Assembly (NCBI GenBank): GCA_900315225.1 | Contig: OMYM01000142.1 | Coordinates: 19,919 to 83,918 of the forward strand | Source of the DNA: an uncultured Erysipelotrichaceae bacterium | GTDB taxonomy: Bacteria > Bacillota_I > Bacilli_A > Erysipelotrichales > Erysipelotrichaceae | Direction: 5' to 3' | DNA length: 64,000 nt | Made by a program: the position numbers and the translations under genes | In this document: piece after piece, positions 36,963-47,682 of the stretch | Numbering within the stretch: position 1 is the stretch's first letter | Layout of the letters: every line of letters starts with the position of its first letter | Notes under the pieces: model-generated | Seen by the model: only the letters and a program-made list of their open reading frames with translations | Told to the model about the DNA's origin: nothing | Database searches by the model: none

Positions 36963-39677
36963 TTATTCTCTCTCAAGCTTGATTGTAGCCTGTGCTGCAG
37001 CCAGTCTTGCGATCGGGACACGATATGGCGAGCAAGAAACATAATCCAAGCCAATCCTGTTGAAGAATGCAATGGATGCTGGATCGCCACCATGTTCGCC
37101 ACATACACCAAGGTGGATGTCAGGACGTGTCGCACGACCTGCCTCAGCCGCCATCTTTACCAGCTGGCCAACGCCTTCTGTGTCAATGTGTGCAAACGGA
37201 TCGTTGTCATAAATGTGCTTAGCATAGTAATCGCCAAGGAACTTGCCTGCATCGTCTCTCGAGAAACCAAATGTCATCTGTGTCAGATCGTTTGTTCCAA
37301 AGGAGTAGAATTCAGCTGTCTTTGCGATCTCGGCGGATCTCAATGCGGCACGCGGAATCTCGATCATTGTTCCAACCTTGTATTCAAGTTCAACGCCCTT
37401 CTCGGCAATGACCTGATCGGCTGTCTTTCTGACAATACCTGCAACATAAGCCAATTCCTTTGGTTCGCCTACCAATGGAATCATGATTTCAGGAACAACC
37501 TTAAGCTCAGGATGCCTGCTGTTGACTGCAATCGCCGCATTGATGATGGCTCTTGTCTGCATGACGCCGATCTCAGGGTATGTAACGTCAAGACGGCAGC
37601 CACGATGTCCCATCATCGGGTTGAATTCATGCAGTGCAGAAGCGGAAGCCTTGACATCATCAACTGTGATGCCCAGATCTGCCGCAACGGCAGCCATCTC
37701 TTCCTCGGTCTTAGGAAGGAACTCATGCAGAGGCGGGTCAAGCAGACGGACTGTGACAGGCATGCCCTTCATAGCCTCGTAGATGCCCTCGAAGTCCTCC
37801 TGCTGATATGGCTCAAGCTCTGCCAATGCCTTGGCGCGCTGCTCATTGTTCTGCGCTACGCAAAGCATTCTGATCGCCTTGATTCTCTCAGCAGAGTTGA
37901 AGAACATGTGTTCTGTACGAACAAGTCCAACGCCCTGTGCGCCGAATTCAACTGCCTTTGCGGCATCTTCCGGAGTATCGGCGTTTGTACGAATTTGCAG
38001 TCTTCTACGTGTATCTGCCCAATCCATGAACTTCTTGAAGTTGCCGGAAATCGTTGCCGGGACAGTAGCGATGGCGCCTTTGTATACAGTTCCAGTCGTT
38101 CCATCAACGGAAATGATGTCGCCTTCCTTGAATGTCTCGCCATTGACATAGAATTCCTTAGCTTCCTCGTTGACGGAGATCTCACCGCATCCAGAGACAC
38201 AGCAAGCGCCCATGCCACGCGCAACAACAGCTGCATGAGATGTCATGCCACCACGGACAGTAACGATAGCCTCGGAAACATGCATTCCTTCGATATCTTC
38301 AGGAGATGTCTCAAGACGAACCAAGACAACCTTCTTGCCTGCCGCGACTTCCTTCTTCGCATCCTCGGCAGAGAACACGATGACGCCACTACCTGCGCCT
38401 GGAGAAGCTGCAAGACCCTTTGTAATGATGTCAGACGCATGCGCCTTCAGATCCTTCGGGTCGAACATAGGATGGAGCAAGTCGTCAAGCTGCTTAGGCT
38501 CAACCATCAACAATGCATCGTCAACGCTGACGAGTCCTTCTTCGTTCAGGTCAAGGGCAACCTTGAGGGCCGCAGCAGCTGTTCTCTTGCCGTTTCTTGT
38601 CTGGAGCATGAAGAGTTTCTTGTGTTCAATCGTAAACTCCATGTCCTGCATGTCATGGTAATGCGCCTCAAGCTTAACTCTGACCGCATCAAGGTCAGCG
38701 AATGTCTCAGGCATAGATTCCTCAAGCGAAGGATATTTCGCAACTCTTTCCTCTTCGGAAATGCCGTGATTGGCAGCCCATTCCTGGGAGCCAAGCTTGG
38801 AGATCTGCTGAGGAGTACGCACGCCCGCAACAACATCTTCACCCTGCGCATTGATGAGGTATTCACCATAGAAATACTTGTTGGCACCAGTCGAAGGGTC
38901 GCGAGTGAAGCATACGCCAGTAGCGCAATCATCGCCCATATTGCCAAACACCATGGACTGAACGTTGACAGCTGTTCCCCAATCGGAAGGAATGTCATTT
39001 TCCTTGCGGTAGAAAATCGCGCGATCATTGTTCCAGGAACGGAACACAGCCTCAATGGCTCTTTCAAGCTGAACCTTTGGATCCTGCGGGAAATCTTCCC
39101 CTCTTTCCGCCTTGTAGAACGCCTTGAACTTAGCTGTCAAATCCTTCATGTCGTCCGCATCAAGCTCAACATCAAGCTTGACACCCTTTGCTTCCTTGAC
39201 CTCATCGATGATAACTTCGAATCTCTTCTTGGACAGGCCCATGACGACGTCGGAGAACATCTGGACGAAACGCCTGTAGGAATCATAGGCAAACCTTGGA
39301 TTGCCGGATTGCGCAGCCATTGTCTCTGCGACGACATCGTTGATGCCAAGGTTCAGGATTGTATCCATCATGCCAGGCATGGACGCACGCGCGCCAGACC
39401 TCACGGAAACAAGCAGCGGATTTGCGGCATCGCCAAGCTTCTTGCCTGTGTACTCTTCCAGCCAAGCAAGCTTTTCCCAGACCTGCGCCATGATCTCGTC
39501 ATTGATCTTTCCGCCATCGGCATAGTACTGGTTGCAGCCTTCCGTTGTAATTGTGAAGCCCATTGGAACAGGGAGGCCAAGGCTTGCCATTTCAGCAAGG
39601 TTGGCGCCTTTTCCACCTAAGAGTTCACGCATTGACCCATTTCCTTCTGGAAACTTGTAAACATACTTCTTTGTCAT
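36963..39677 (-). CDS. ppdK: Pyruvate, phosphate dikinase
   Basis: LGGKGANL, SMPGMMDT, GGMTSHAAVVARG phospho-His motif, FSFGTNDLTQ, GVCGEHGG. Confidence 0.97.
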   Translation of the reverse strand: MTKKYVYKFPEGNGSMRELLGGKGANLAEMASLGLPVPMGFTITTEGCNQYYADGGKINDEIMAQVWEKLAWLEEYTGKKLGDAANPLLVSVRSGARASMPGMMDTILNLGINDVVAETMAAQSGNPRFAYDSYRRFVQMFSDVVMGLSKKRFEVIIDEVKEAKGVKLDVELDADDMKDLTAKFKAFYKAERGEDFPQDPKVQLERAIEAVFRSWNNDRAIFYRKENDIPSDWGTAVNVQSMVFGNMGDDCATGVCFTRDPSTGANKYFYGEYLINAQGEDVVAGVRTPQQISKLGSQEWAANHGISEEERVAKYPSLEESMPETFADLDAVRVKLEAHYHDMQDMEFTIEHKKLFMLQTRNGKRTAAAALKVALDLNEEGLVSVDDALLMVEPKQLDDLLHPMFDPKDLKAHASDIITKGLAASPGAGSGVIVFSAEDAKKEVAAGKKVVLVRLETSPEDIEGMHVSEAIVTVRGGMTSHAAVVARGMGACCVSGCGEISVNEEAKEFYVNGETFKEGDIISVDGTTGTVYKGAIATVPATISGNFKKFMDWADTRRRLQIRTNADTPEDAAKAVEFGAQGVGLVRTEHMFFNSAERIKAIRMLCVAQNNEQRAKALAELEPYQQEDFEGIYEAMKGMPVTVRLLDPPLHEFLPKTEEEMAAVAADLGITVDDVKASASALHEFNPMMGHRGCRLDVTYPEIGVMQTRAIINAAIAVNSRHPELKVVPEIMIPLVGEPKELAYVAGIVRKTADQVIAEKGVELEYKVGTMIEIPRAALRSAEIAKTAEFYSFGTNDLTQMTFGFSRDDAGKFLGDYYAKHIYDNDPFAHIDTEGVGQLVKMAAEAGRATRPDIHLGVCGEHGGDPASIAFFNRIGLDYVSCSPYRVPIARLAAAQATIKLERE

Positions 39678-39872
39678 AGTGCCTCCTGTTTTTTATAATA
39701 AGATTATAGAACATAGCGACTGTTTTCTCAACTAATTGTTTTATTTTGTCCATATCGCATTGCAAAAAGACATCGATTCATTTTCTTTACTAATTGCCAT
39801 TTCGCAGATCTATGGTGCAACAAAAGAATTGAGCAAATGACTGCCTATGTATTTTGTTATATGTGACAACAA

Positions 39873-39899
39873 GAAGCAGCCTCTCCCAGAGGCTGCTTT
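39873..39899 (-). terminator. Terminator after the alpha/beta hydrolase gene
   Basis: aagcagcctct-ccc-agaggctgctt. Confidence 0.75.
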
Positions 39900-39903
39900 A
39901 TCG

Positions 39904-40851
39904 TCAATCGGAAATATATTTTCCAACGAAAGAGAACAGGGCGTTGAAATACTCGGGATCCTCGGATGTCTCACCAAATCCCTTTCCCTCCGCCGTGTAA
40001 AGATCTTTCGCCGATGCGCACGAATAGTAGTTATCAAACAACATGCTTGTCGGGACAATATCGTCTTCTGTGCCATGGACAAAAAGCATCGGCGTAACTG
40101 ACTGCCTAAGCTGCCTGCGAACGCTGACATCATTCATGGAGAAATGCAGGAACTGCCCGACATAGAAATCAACGGAAGGCATTAAGAACTTCCCGTCTAT
40201 GTTCGAAATCTTGCGAACCATATGAAGGATTTCCTCACGAATCCCAGAAAACCCGCCGTCCTCAATAGCGCACTTGACATTCGTTGGCAAATAATCGCCC
40301 GCCGCATTCATTACCGCAACAGCGCCGACATTCACGCCAAGCAAGGCAATCTTTGCGCTCTTGTCGATATTAAGCAAATGGTTCAGCCAACTGATCAGAT
40401 CATAATGTTCGTTCCAGCCAAGCCCGGTATACCTTCCCTCGGACATTCCGCATCCCCTTGCATCAATTGCAAGGACATTGAATCCTCTTTGGTCGGCTTC
40501 CCACATATAATCCAGCATTCCACCGCTATAGGAGCCAAGTCCATGCAGCAAGACCATCCACTTATGTCCCTCATGATTCGTCAAGCGCAGAGCATGAAGC
40601 TTCAGACCATCATAGGAATCAATGAATTCATCATCGCGCTTGCAGCCGGCAAGCCATTCGCTTTTCTCGCCAGCTTCCTTTGTAAGTCTCTTGATGCCGT
40701 TCTCATCGCCATATATATGCGATTTTTCCAAGTCAAACGCATTGCGGAAAACGGCGTATCCCGCCCCCGCATAGGCAGCGGCACCTGCAACAGCCGTTGC
40801 CCCGGCGACCTTCAGCAATGTGTGTTTATTTTTTTCTTCTGCCATAGTCAT
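39904..40851 (-). CDS. Membrane-anchored alpha/beta hydrolase (YqkD-like)
   Basis: N-terminal TM, S.DGLKL, HG, D.RG.G.S.G, HG..D..VP. The nucleophile elbow reads GVNVG. Confidence 0.8.
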   Translation of the reverse strand: MTMAEEKNKHTLLKVAGATAVAGAAAYAGAGYAVFRNAFDLEKSHIYGDENGIKRLTKEAGEKSEWLAGCKRDDEFIDSYDGLKLHALRLTNHEGHKWMVLLHGLGSYSGGMLDYMWEADQRGFNVLAIDARGCGMSEGRYTGLGWNEHYDLISWLNHLLNIDKSAKIALLGVNVGAVAVMNAAGDYLPTNVKCAIEDGGFSGIREEILHMVRKISNIDGKFLMPSVDFYVGQFLHFSMNDVSVRRQLRQSVTPMLFVHGTEDDIVPTSMLFDNYYSCASAKDLYTAEGKGFGETSEDPEYFNALFSFVGKYISD

Positions 40852-40892
40852 TCTCCGTTTACTTTACTATTAACAGTATTATAGCACGGAAT

Positions 40893-43505
40893 CTATCCTT
40901 CCAAAACAGACAGTCTCTCGACAATCGTGTTAAATTGCTTCTCGTATGCCTCAAGCTTTTTCTTTTCCTGCTCGACCTTTGCGGCAGGTGCCTTGGCAAG
41001 GAATCCTTTGTTGGAGAGAATGCCGTTGCTTCTGGCAATTTCCTTGGAGAGACGCTCCTTTTCAAGCTGGAGCTTCTTGATCTCCTCTTCTTTGTCAGCT
41101 AACTCGCTGCTTGGAACCAGCATGGTTCCACCATGGATCGTCTCGATGGTCAAATCGCCCTCAAGGTTCGTTCTCCACTCCGCTTTTGCCATTTTCAGCA
41201 ACATTGCCGCCATATCTGGGTTTGCTTCAATTGCGGTGCCATTGAGATCCCTGATCATGACATGGATCAATGCAGAAGGCTTTAACCCGTTGACGTTCTT
41301 GATTTCACGTATTTTTTGGATTGCCGAGATCATACGGTCCATTGACTCAAGGTCGCTCTTTGGAACATTTTCAAGAACCTTTGGCCACGTCTCCAAATGG
41401 ATGCTTTCCTGCGCATGAGGCAACGCCAGATAAATCTCCTCGGTGACAAACGGCATGAACGGATGCAGCAAGCGGATAATTGCGTTCAACATATACAAAA
41501 GGGTTGATTGTGCCGCCTTGCGCACATCTTCATCCTCGCTGTTGAGGGAACTCTTGCTCATTTCGACATACCAACTGCAGAAATCATCCCAGACAAACGA
41601 ATACAACTCGTTTCCAACAAGCGCAAACTCATATTTCTCCATGTTTTCCGTCACATGGGCAATCACTTCGTTCAGACGATTCAGGATCCAAGCGTCCGCC
41701 ATGGATGGGCTAGACAAGTCGATGTCGCCAACCTCCATGCCTTCAGGCAAATTCATGATCACAAAGCGGGACGCATTCCAGATCTTGTTGATGAAGTTCC
41801 AAGCCGCCTCGACTTTCTGCGGAATATAGCGCATGTCCTGTCCTGGCGTGCTGTTGGTCGTCAAGAAGAAGCGAAGCGAGTCAACTCCATAGTCCTCAAT
41901 GACCTGCATCGGATCAATGCCATTGCCAAGAGACTTGGACATCTTGCGTCCAAATTCATCTCTGATCAAGCCGTGGATCAAGACATCCTTGAATGGTCTG
42001 TTGTGGGTAAAATGACGCGCCTGGAATGCCATGCGCGCAACCCAGAAGAAAATGATGTCATAGCCAGTGACCATCGTGGTATTGGGATAATACCTATCAT
42101 AGTCATCTGTCTTGTTTGGCCAGCCAAGCGTTGCAAAAGGCCACAATGCGCTTGAGAACCATGTATCCAAAACATCCTCGTCCTGCTCCCAATTTTCAAT
42201 GTCGGCAGGCGCCTCGCTTCCAACATATGTCTCCCCTGTGATTTTGTTGTACCACGCAGGAATGCGATGTCCCCACCAAAGCTGCCTGGAAATGCACCAA
42301 TCCTCGATGTTTTCCAGCCATTGTTCAAAGACACGGCTGAATCTTTCTGGATAGAAATTGATTCTTTGATCTGGATTCTTCTGATTTGCCAACACATCAT
42401 CCGCCAAGGGCTTCATCTTGACGAACCATTGTTGCGAAAGATATGGCTCAACCACGCAATGCGTCCTTTCGGAATGTCCTACCTCGTGGGTAATCTCTTC
42501 GATCTTTACAAGGTTGCCAGCCGCCTCAATTTCCTTTGTCACGAGTTCGCGGCACTCGTAGCGATCCATTCCCTCATATTTGCCAGCCAATGCATTCATG
42601 GTTCCATCCGGGTTCATGCAGATGGGCTTTGGCAGATTGTGCCTTTCAGCGATCTGGAAATCGTTCGGGTCGTGCGCAGGCGTACACTTCATGGCGCCTG
42701 TGCCAAATTCCATGTCGATATAATCGTCCGCGATGATCAGCAGCGGCTCGTTGTTTGCAGGATTGACTGCATGCATTCCAACTAGATGCTTAAAGCGTTT
42801 GTCGTTTGGATTTACTACAACGCAAACATCGCCAAACATTGTTTCAGGGCGGGTCGTGGCAACCGTAAACTGATCGCCGGTCTCAACGACCTTGTAGTTG
42901 AAATAGTACATGTTGCCCTTGTCTTCCTGGTGATAGACCTCGATGTTGCTAAGCGCCGTGCGTGCCTCTGGATCCCAGTTGATGATGCGCCATCCACGAT
43001 AGATCAAACCTTCGTTGTACAGGTCGATAAACACTTTTTCAACCGCTTTGTTGAAACCCTCGTCCATCGTGAAACGCTCGCGGCTATAATCCAAGGAATT
43101 TCCCAGCTTTGCCCATTGCTTGCGAATTGTTGCAGCGTATTCCGCCTTCCATTCCCATGCCCTTTCAAGGAACTTCTCGCGGCCAATGTCATAGCGCGAG
43201 ATTCCTTCTTTCCTCAACCTCTCGTCGACCTTGGCTTGTGTCGCGATGCCTGCGTGATCCATGCCCGCTAGATACAGCGTGTCAAAGCCCCTGAGTTTCT
43301 GGTATCGAATGATGATGTCCTGCAGCGTATTGTCCCACGCGTGCCCAATGTGCAGGATTCCCGTCACGTTTGGTGGGGGAATGACGATTGTATAGGGATC
43401 CTTCGACTTGTCACCCGCAGTGAAATATCCCTTGGACACCCACTTGTCATACTTTCCTTCTTCTACCGACCTATGGTCGTATTTTTGCGCAAGATTCTTC
43501 TCCAT
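40893..43505 (-). CDS. valS: Valine--tRNA ligase
   Basis: PPPNVTG.LHIGH, WCISRQLWWGHRIP, KMSKS, C-terminal coiled coil. Confidence 0.97.
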   Translation of the reverse strand: MEKNLAQKYDHRSVEEGKYDKWVSKGYFTAGDKSKDPYTIVIPPPNVTGILHIGHAWDNTLQDIIIRYQKLRGFDTLYLAGMDHAGIATQAKVDERLRKEGISRYDIGREKFLERAWEWKAEYAATIRKQWAKLGNSLDYSRERFTMDEGFNKAVEKVFIDLYNEGLIYRGWRIINWDPEARTALSNIEVYHQEDKGNMYYFNYKVVETGDQFTVATTRPETMFGDVCVVVNPNDKRFKHLVGMHAVNPANNEPLLIIADDYIDMEFGTGAMKCTPAHDPNDFQIAERHNLPKPICMNPDGTMNALAGKYEGMDRYECRELVTKEIEAAGNLVKIEEITHEVGHSERTHCVVEPYLSQQWFVKMKPLADDVLANQKNPDQRINFYPERFSRVFEQWLENIEDWCISRQLWWGHRIPAWYNKITGETYVGSEAPADIENWEQDEDVLDTWFSSALWPFATLGWPNKTDDYDRYYPNTTMVTGYDIIFFWVARMAFQARHFTHNRPFKDVLIHGLIRDEFGRKMSKSLGNGIDPMQVIEDYGVDSLRFFLTTNSTPGQDMRYIPQKVEAAWNFINKIWNASRFVIMNLPEGMEVGDIDLSSPSMADAWILNRLNEVIAHVTENMEKYEFALVGNELYSFVWDDFCSWYVEMSKSSLNSEDEDVRKAAQSTLLYMLNAIIRLLHPFMPFVTEEIYLALPHAQESIHLETWPKVLENVPKSDLESMDRMISAIQKIREIKNVNGLKPSALIHVMIRDLNGTAIEANPDMAAMLLKMAKAEWRTNLEGDLTIETIHGGTMLVPSSELADKEEEIKKLQLEKERLSKEIARSNGILSNKGFLAKAPAAKVEQEKKKLEAYEKQFNTIVERLSVLEG

Positions 43506-43519
43506 GTTTTGCTCCTTTC

Positions 43520-43730
43520 AGAAAAATAAAAACGCCCCATGCACAGGACGTCGTGAACGTGGTACCACCTTTGCTTGCTTCTCAAACGCTTAACGCGCGT
43601 ACACGGCACCCCTACTTATGGATTCAGGCATGCGGCTCACAGACGACTTCCCCTCTCTTTCCGATCCGTTTCCACCATTCCGGACTCTCTGCGACAGTAC
43701 AAGAGGCTACTGCTTCTGGTCATTGCCAAT
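43520..43730 (-). promoter_or_regulatory. T-box riboswitch (Val) upstream of valS
   Basis: AGTAG/AGAGAG/GGTGGAAA stem I, specifier GAA-GTC (Val), T-box AAAGGTGGTACCACG, terminator cgtcctgtgcatggggcg-ttttt. Confidence 0.88.
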
Positions 43731-43760
43731 GGAATGATTATAGCAAACAGCAAAAAAAAT

Positions 43761-43985
43761 TCAACGGTCAATTTGATTCATGATGAAATTCGCGATATGC
43801 CAGGCAATGACAAAAAACACTAGGTAGCAAAACAGGCGTGGATAAGGATCGACCACGACAAACGTTGCGACAATCCTAAGTACCGCAATCAGTAACAAAT
43901 AGCTGACAACATATGAAAGGACGCACATCAACGAATAAAATGCCAGCTCGCCAAAATCGCTTTTTTCCTGTTCTTTTCTTCCCAT
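43761..43985 (-). CDS. Small two-TM hypothetical membrane protein
   Basis: 74 aa hydrophobic ORF with GAGG upstream. Confidence 0.55.
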   Translation of the reverse strand: MGRKEQEKSDFGELAFYSLMCVLSYVVSYLLLIAVLRIVATFVVVDPYPRLFCYLVFFVIAWHIANFIMNQIDR

Positions 43986-44174
43986 GCATTGTATTTTACT
44001 ACCTCGCGCCTTAAAACGCCAATGCTATATGACCAAAGGAACCAATCGTTCGAAATGATAACCCTTGCGCACCCGCTTCGCGCAAGAAAGCAATGAATAT
44101 CCAAATCCTTGTCTACAACAATAGATAGCGAAGAGTGTTCCCCACCAAATATGCTTCAAGTATAATAGACGCAT

Positions 44175-44723
44175 ATGTGTGGCAAATATATCTTTGACGA
44201 TGGCGATAGCGAACAAATCGCCGATATGATCAACCTAGCACAAAACACCTTTGCGCCAGACGTGTATCGTTCACTTTCGTTTGGCGATGTATCGCCAGGA
44301 CAAAGGACTCTTGGCGCATTTTTCAATCGCCAGCGTGGCGCCGTGAGGCTTGGCATAATGCAATGGGGGATTTCCGGGAGAAACAAGCGACTGGTTATCA
44401 ATGCGCGCTCTGAAACCGCGCATGCTGCGTCTTTTTTCAGGAATTGCCTGCATTGCGCAATGCCTGCAAGCGGATACTATGAATGGGATGCCGACAAAAC
44501 ACGCTATTTGTTCTCGACCAATGACGACTGTATTTTCATGGCTGGCCTTTGGCGCATGGAGAATGGCATGCCTCGCTTTGTCGTCATGACCATGGATGCT
44601 CAAGGCGAAAACGCCCTGATTCATCCAAGGCAGCCAGTATTGCTCACCTACGAAAACGCAAAAACGTGGTGCATGCAAAACACCACGTTCAACGACATTC
44701 CGAGATTTTTCACAAAAGCCTAG
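44175..44723 (+). CDS. SOS response-associated peptidase (SRAP/YedK family)
   Basis: MCG N-terminus (catalytic Cys2), INARSET, GYYEW, MAGLW, IH.R.P. Confidence 0.85.
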   Translation: MCGKYIFDDGDSEQIADMINLAQNTFAPDVYRSLSFGDVSPGQRTLGAFFNRQRGAVRLGIMQWGISGRNKRLVINARSETAHAASFFRNCLHCAMPASGYYEWDADKTRYLFSTNDDCIFMAGLWRMENGMPRFVVMTMDAQGENALIHPRQPVLLTYENAKTWCMQNTTFNDIPRFFTKA

Positions 44724-45736
44724 AACAATCTTCCCACCAGCGGGATGCCAAGATGAGCATAGGCTTTTTCTGTTGCCACCCTGCCTCTGCTAGTGCGGTT
44801 AACCATGCCGATTTGAATCAAATACGGCTCATAGACATCCTCCAATGTCGTCGTCTCTTCACTGATCGCGTTAGCTAGCGCCTCAAGTCCTACAGGACCT
44901 CCGTGATAGCGCTCAATCAGACCCTTCAGATAGCGGATATCAACCTCGTCAAGGCCAAGCTCGTCGACATGAAGGCGCTCAAGCGCCTGAACTGCGACTT
45001 CCTTTGTAACATTACCATCGTTGAGAATCTGGGCAAAGTCACGAATGCGGCGTAACAGTCTATTCGCAATGCGCGGCGTGCCGCGACTGCGCTTGGCGAT
45101 CTCGGCAACAGCATCATCCTCAATGGTGACGCTTAGCACGCGCGCGCTTCGTCTAACAATCAGAACCAATTGTTCCTGTGTATAGTAATCAAGCTTTGAG
45201 ATAATGCCAAACCTATCGCGCAAAGGAGCCGAAAGATCTCCCGCACGCGTGGTTGCGCCAACAAGGGTAAACGGGGGAAGATCCAGACGAACACTTCGTC
45301 CTGTACCCCCTTCGCCTCCAACCATGATATCCAGCTCGAAATCCTCCATTGCTGGATACAGGATTTCCTCGATCATTTTCGGCAAGCGGTGGATCTCATC
45401 GATAAACAACACATCTCCTGGCTCTAGAATCGACAACAACGATGCCAAGTCGCCCGCCTTGCCAATGGAAGGTCCAGACGTTATCCTGATGCGGCTACCC
45501 ATTTCATTGGCGATAATGTGTGACAAGGTAGTCTTTCCTAGTCCAGGAGGACCATACAAAAGCACATGGTCAAGCGCCTCGTTCCTTAGCTTTGCGGCCT
45601 TGATGTAAATCTTTAGGTTTTCCTTCAGGCCATCTTGTCCAATATACTCATCCAACGTTCGGGGGCGGATGGTTTCCTCGTCTTCCCCAGGCTGTGCTTC
45701 GGCGGAGACAATTCGTTCTTCATGCTCTTCACTCAT
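44720..45736 (-). CDS. ruvB: Holliday junction helicase RuvB
   Basis: [43 protein letters not shown]. Confidence 0.97.
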   Translation of the reverse strand: MSEEHEERIVSAEAQPGEDEETIRPRTLDEYIGQDGLKENLKIYIKAAKLRNEALDHVLLYGPPGLGKTTLSHIIANEMGSRIRITSGPSIGKAGDLASLLSILEPGDVLFIDEIHRLPKMIEEILYPAMEDFELDIMVGGEGGTGRSVRLDLPPFTLVGATTRAGDLSAPLRDRFGIISKLDYYTQEQLVLIVRRSARVLSVTIEDDAVAEIAKRSRGTPRIANRLLRRIRDFAQILNDGNVTKEVAVQALERLHVDELGLDEVDIRYLKGLIERYHGGPVGLEALANAISEETTTLEDVYEPYLIQIGMVNRTSRGRVATEKAYAHLGIPLVGRLF

Positions 45737-45741
45737 TCAGT

Positions 45742-46338
45742 TTATCCTCCAACATGTGGATTCAACAGGTGCTTCAAGCCGATTTTCAAATATTCGCTGC
45801 TCGAAAGCCCTGGCTTTTCCATGAATATATTGCCCAGAAAACTGATTTCACTTGCCTTGTACCCAAGGTTTTTCAATCCTTCCATGGCATCAGTGATCTC
45901 TTGCGGGTATGCGGCAGGTGCAGGCGCTTTTTCCTTTGCCTCGGAATGGACAAGCTTACCCTTGAGATCCAGCACAATTTGGCTGGCGGACTTTGCGCCA
46001 ATCCCTGGCATCTTCTTGAGTGCCGCGACATCACCCTGTTCCACCGCCGCAACGATTTTTTCATATCCAGCCTTGGCAAGCATATTCATCGCCGTCTTTG
46101 GACCAAGACCCTTGACCGAAATCAAGTTCAAAAACAGGCGCTTTTCTTCAATGGACTCAAACCCATACAATGCAATATCATTTTCCGTTATATGCATATA
46201 TGTATGAATTTTCACCTGTTGATTCAATTTGATGTTTTCTACATGAGGATAGCTGATCTGCCATCCCACGCCATTTTGGTCAACTACAACATTGTCTACG
46301 CCATACGACGCAACTGTTCCGCTGATAAAAGCAATCAT
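45742..46338 (-). CDS. ruvA: Holliday junction branch migration protein RuvA
   Basis: LYGF...E...F..L.SV.G.GPK.A, PGIG.K.A..I..DL.GK. Confidence 0.96.
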   Translation of the reverse strand: MIAFISGTVASYGVDNVVVDQNGVGWQISYPHVENIKLNQQVKIHTYMHITENDIALYGFESIEEKRLFLNLISVKGLGPKTAMNMLAKAGYEKIVAAVEQGDVAALKKMPGIGAKSASQIVLDLKGKLVHSEAKEKAPAPAAYPQEITDAMEGLKNLGYKASEISFLGNIFMEKPGLSSSEYLKIGLKHLLNPHVGG

Positions 46339-46341
46339 TAC

Positions 46342-47616
46342 CTACTCCTTGAAATCCATCAGGAAAGACCCAACGATGACTTGGTCGCCATCGACTGCCC
46401 CTGCCTCGCGCAGAGCCTTGTCTACGCCCATCTTTGACAATGTGGCACCAAATTGGTAAACCTCTTCCTCATTGTCAAAATTCGTTGAATCAAAAAGCCT
46501 GTCGATTTTTTCCGACTCAACCTTGAAGCGATGCGCGCCATAATTGACAATTTTAAAATCTGGACGCTTTGGCTCATAGCGATACACGACAGTTGCTTCA
46601 ACGCTTTCAAGATTTTCGTTTTCAGTCTTCCTTGCGTTTTCAATCGCCTCCATCGTTGCATACAGCACTGCGTCAAGCCCTTGGTGGCGCAACGCGCTAA
46701 TCTCGAAAACCTTTAGTTCGGGATACTTTGCCTTGAATTCTGCGAGGTATTCCGGCGCGTACTCATCATCCATTTTGTTCGCAACCACAATCTGCGGCTT
46801 CTTTTCAAGCTCCATGTCATAGGCCGCAAGTTCCTTATTGATAATCTCGTAATCTTCGACCGGATTGCGTTCTTCGCCCGACATGTCGATGACATGAATC
46901 AATACGCGGCATCTTTTGATATGCCTGAGGAACTCGTGACCAAGCCCCTTTCCTTCTCCAGCGCCTTCAATCAGCCCAGGCATGTCCGCTAAGACAAAAC
47001 CTCTTTCATCCGGCAAGGAGACAACGCCAATGTTTGGCTCAATCGTTGTGAAAGGATAGGCGGCAATCTCTGGACGCGCCGCCGTCACAATGGAAAGAAA
47101 CGTTGATTTCCCCACGGATGGAAAGCCAATGATGCCGGCATCGGCCAAAAGCCGCAACTCAACGATCAAGTCAAGGCTTTCACCCGGCTCTCCAGGCTGC
47201 GCATATTCCGGCGTATCATTGCGCGATGTCGCAAAATGATAGTTTCCCAAACCGCCTCTTCCGCCATGGGCGACCAAGACCTTTTGTCCAGGCACCGTCA
47301 AGTCTGCGAGAAGGTCATGATTTGCAGCATTCCTGACCATTGTTCCTAAAGGAACCTGGACAACCGCATCTTCACCAGACTTCCCATGCATTTTCTTGGT
47401 CATCCCAGCCTGGCCATCTCCTGCCCTTACCGACTTGGTGAACCTCAGCTTGGTCAAGGTTGTTTCGTTTGTATCAACCTGGAACCAAACATCGCCGCCA
47501 TCGCCGCCATCGCCGCCAAAAGGTCCGCCATTTGGATAAAACTTCTCGTGGCGCCATCCGACACATCCGCGTCCGCCATCCCCTGCCTTAACATGCAGTT
47601 TAATATAGTCAATCAT
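46342..47616 (-). CDS. obgE: GTPase Obg/CgtA
   Basis: Gly-rich N-terminus, GFPSVGKST, YPFTT, DMPGLIEGA, NKMD, C-terminal OCT domain. Confidence 0.96.
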   Translation of the reverse strand: MIDYIKLHVKAGDGGRGCVGWRHEKFYPNGGPFGGDGGDGGDVWFQVDTNETTLTKLRFTKSVRAGDGQAGMTKKMHGKSGEDAVVQVPLGTMVRNAANHDLLADLTVPGQKVLVAHGGRGGLGNYHFATSRNDTPEYAQPGEPGESLDLIVELRLLADAGIIGFPSVGKSTFLSIVTAARPEIAAYPFTTIEPNIGVVSLPDERGFVLADMPGLIEGAGEGKGLGHEFLRHIKRCRVLIHVIDMSGEERNPVEDYEIINKELAAYDMELEKKPQIVVANKMDDEYAPEYLAEFKAKYPELKVFEISALRHQGLDAVLYATMEAIENARKTENENLESVEATVVYRYEPKRPDFKIVNYGAHRFKVESEKIDRLFDSTNFDNEEEVYQFGATLSKMGVDKALREAGAVDGDQVIVGSFLMDFKE

Positions 47617-47640
47617 TTCTTCCTCCTTCCTGTTTTATAA

Positions 47641-47670
47641 AAACACTCCCGGTAAAACGCCGGGAGTGTC
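47641..47670 (-). terminator. Terminator/hairpin after rpmA
   Basis: acactcccgg...ccgggagtgt followed by a T-run on the minus strand. Confidence 0.7.
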
Positions 47671-47682
47671 GACTGGTAAACG

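Noticed and set aside
37092-39620. 842-aa plus-strand ORF antisense to ppdK
   Set aside because: It mirrors the codon register of a highly biased gene and has no motifs or RBS, so it is a shadow ORF.
44128-44142. Possible LexA box upstream of SRAP (cgaagagtgttc); similar site near 536-550
   Set aside because: Neither matches GAAC-N4-GTTC in both spacing and left half-site.
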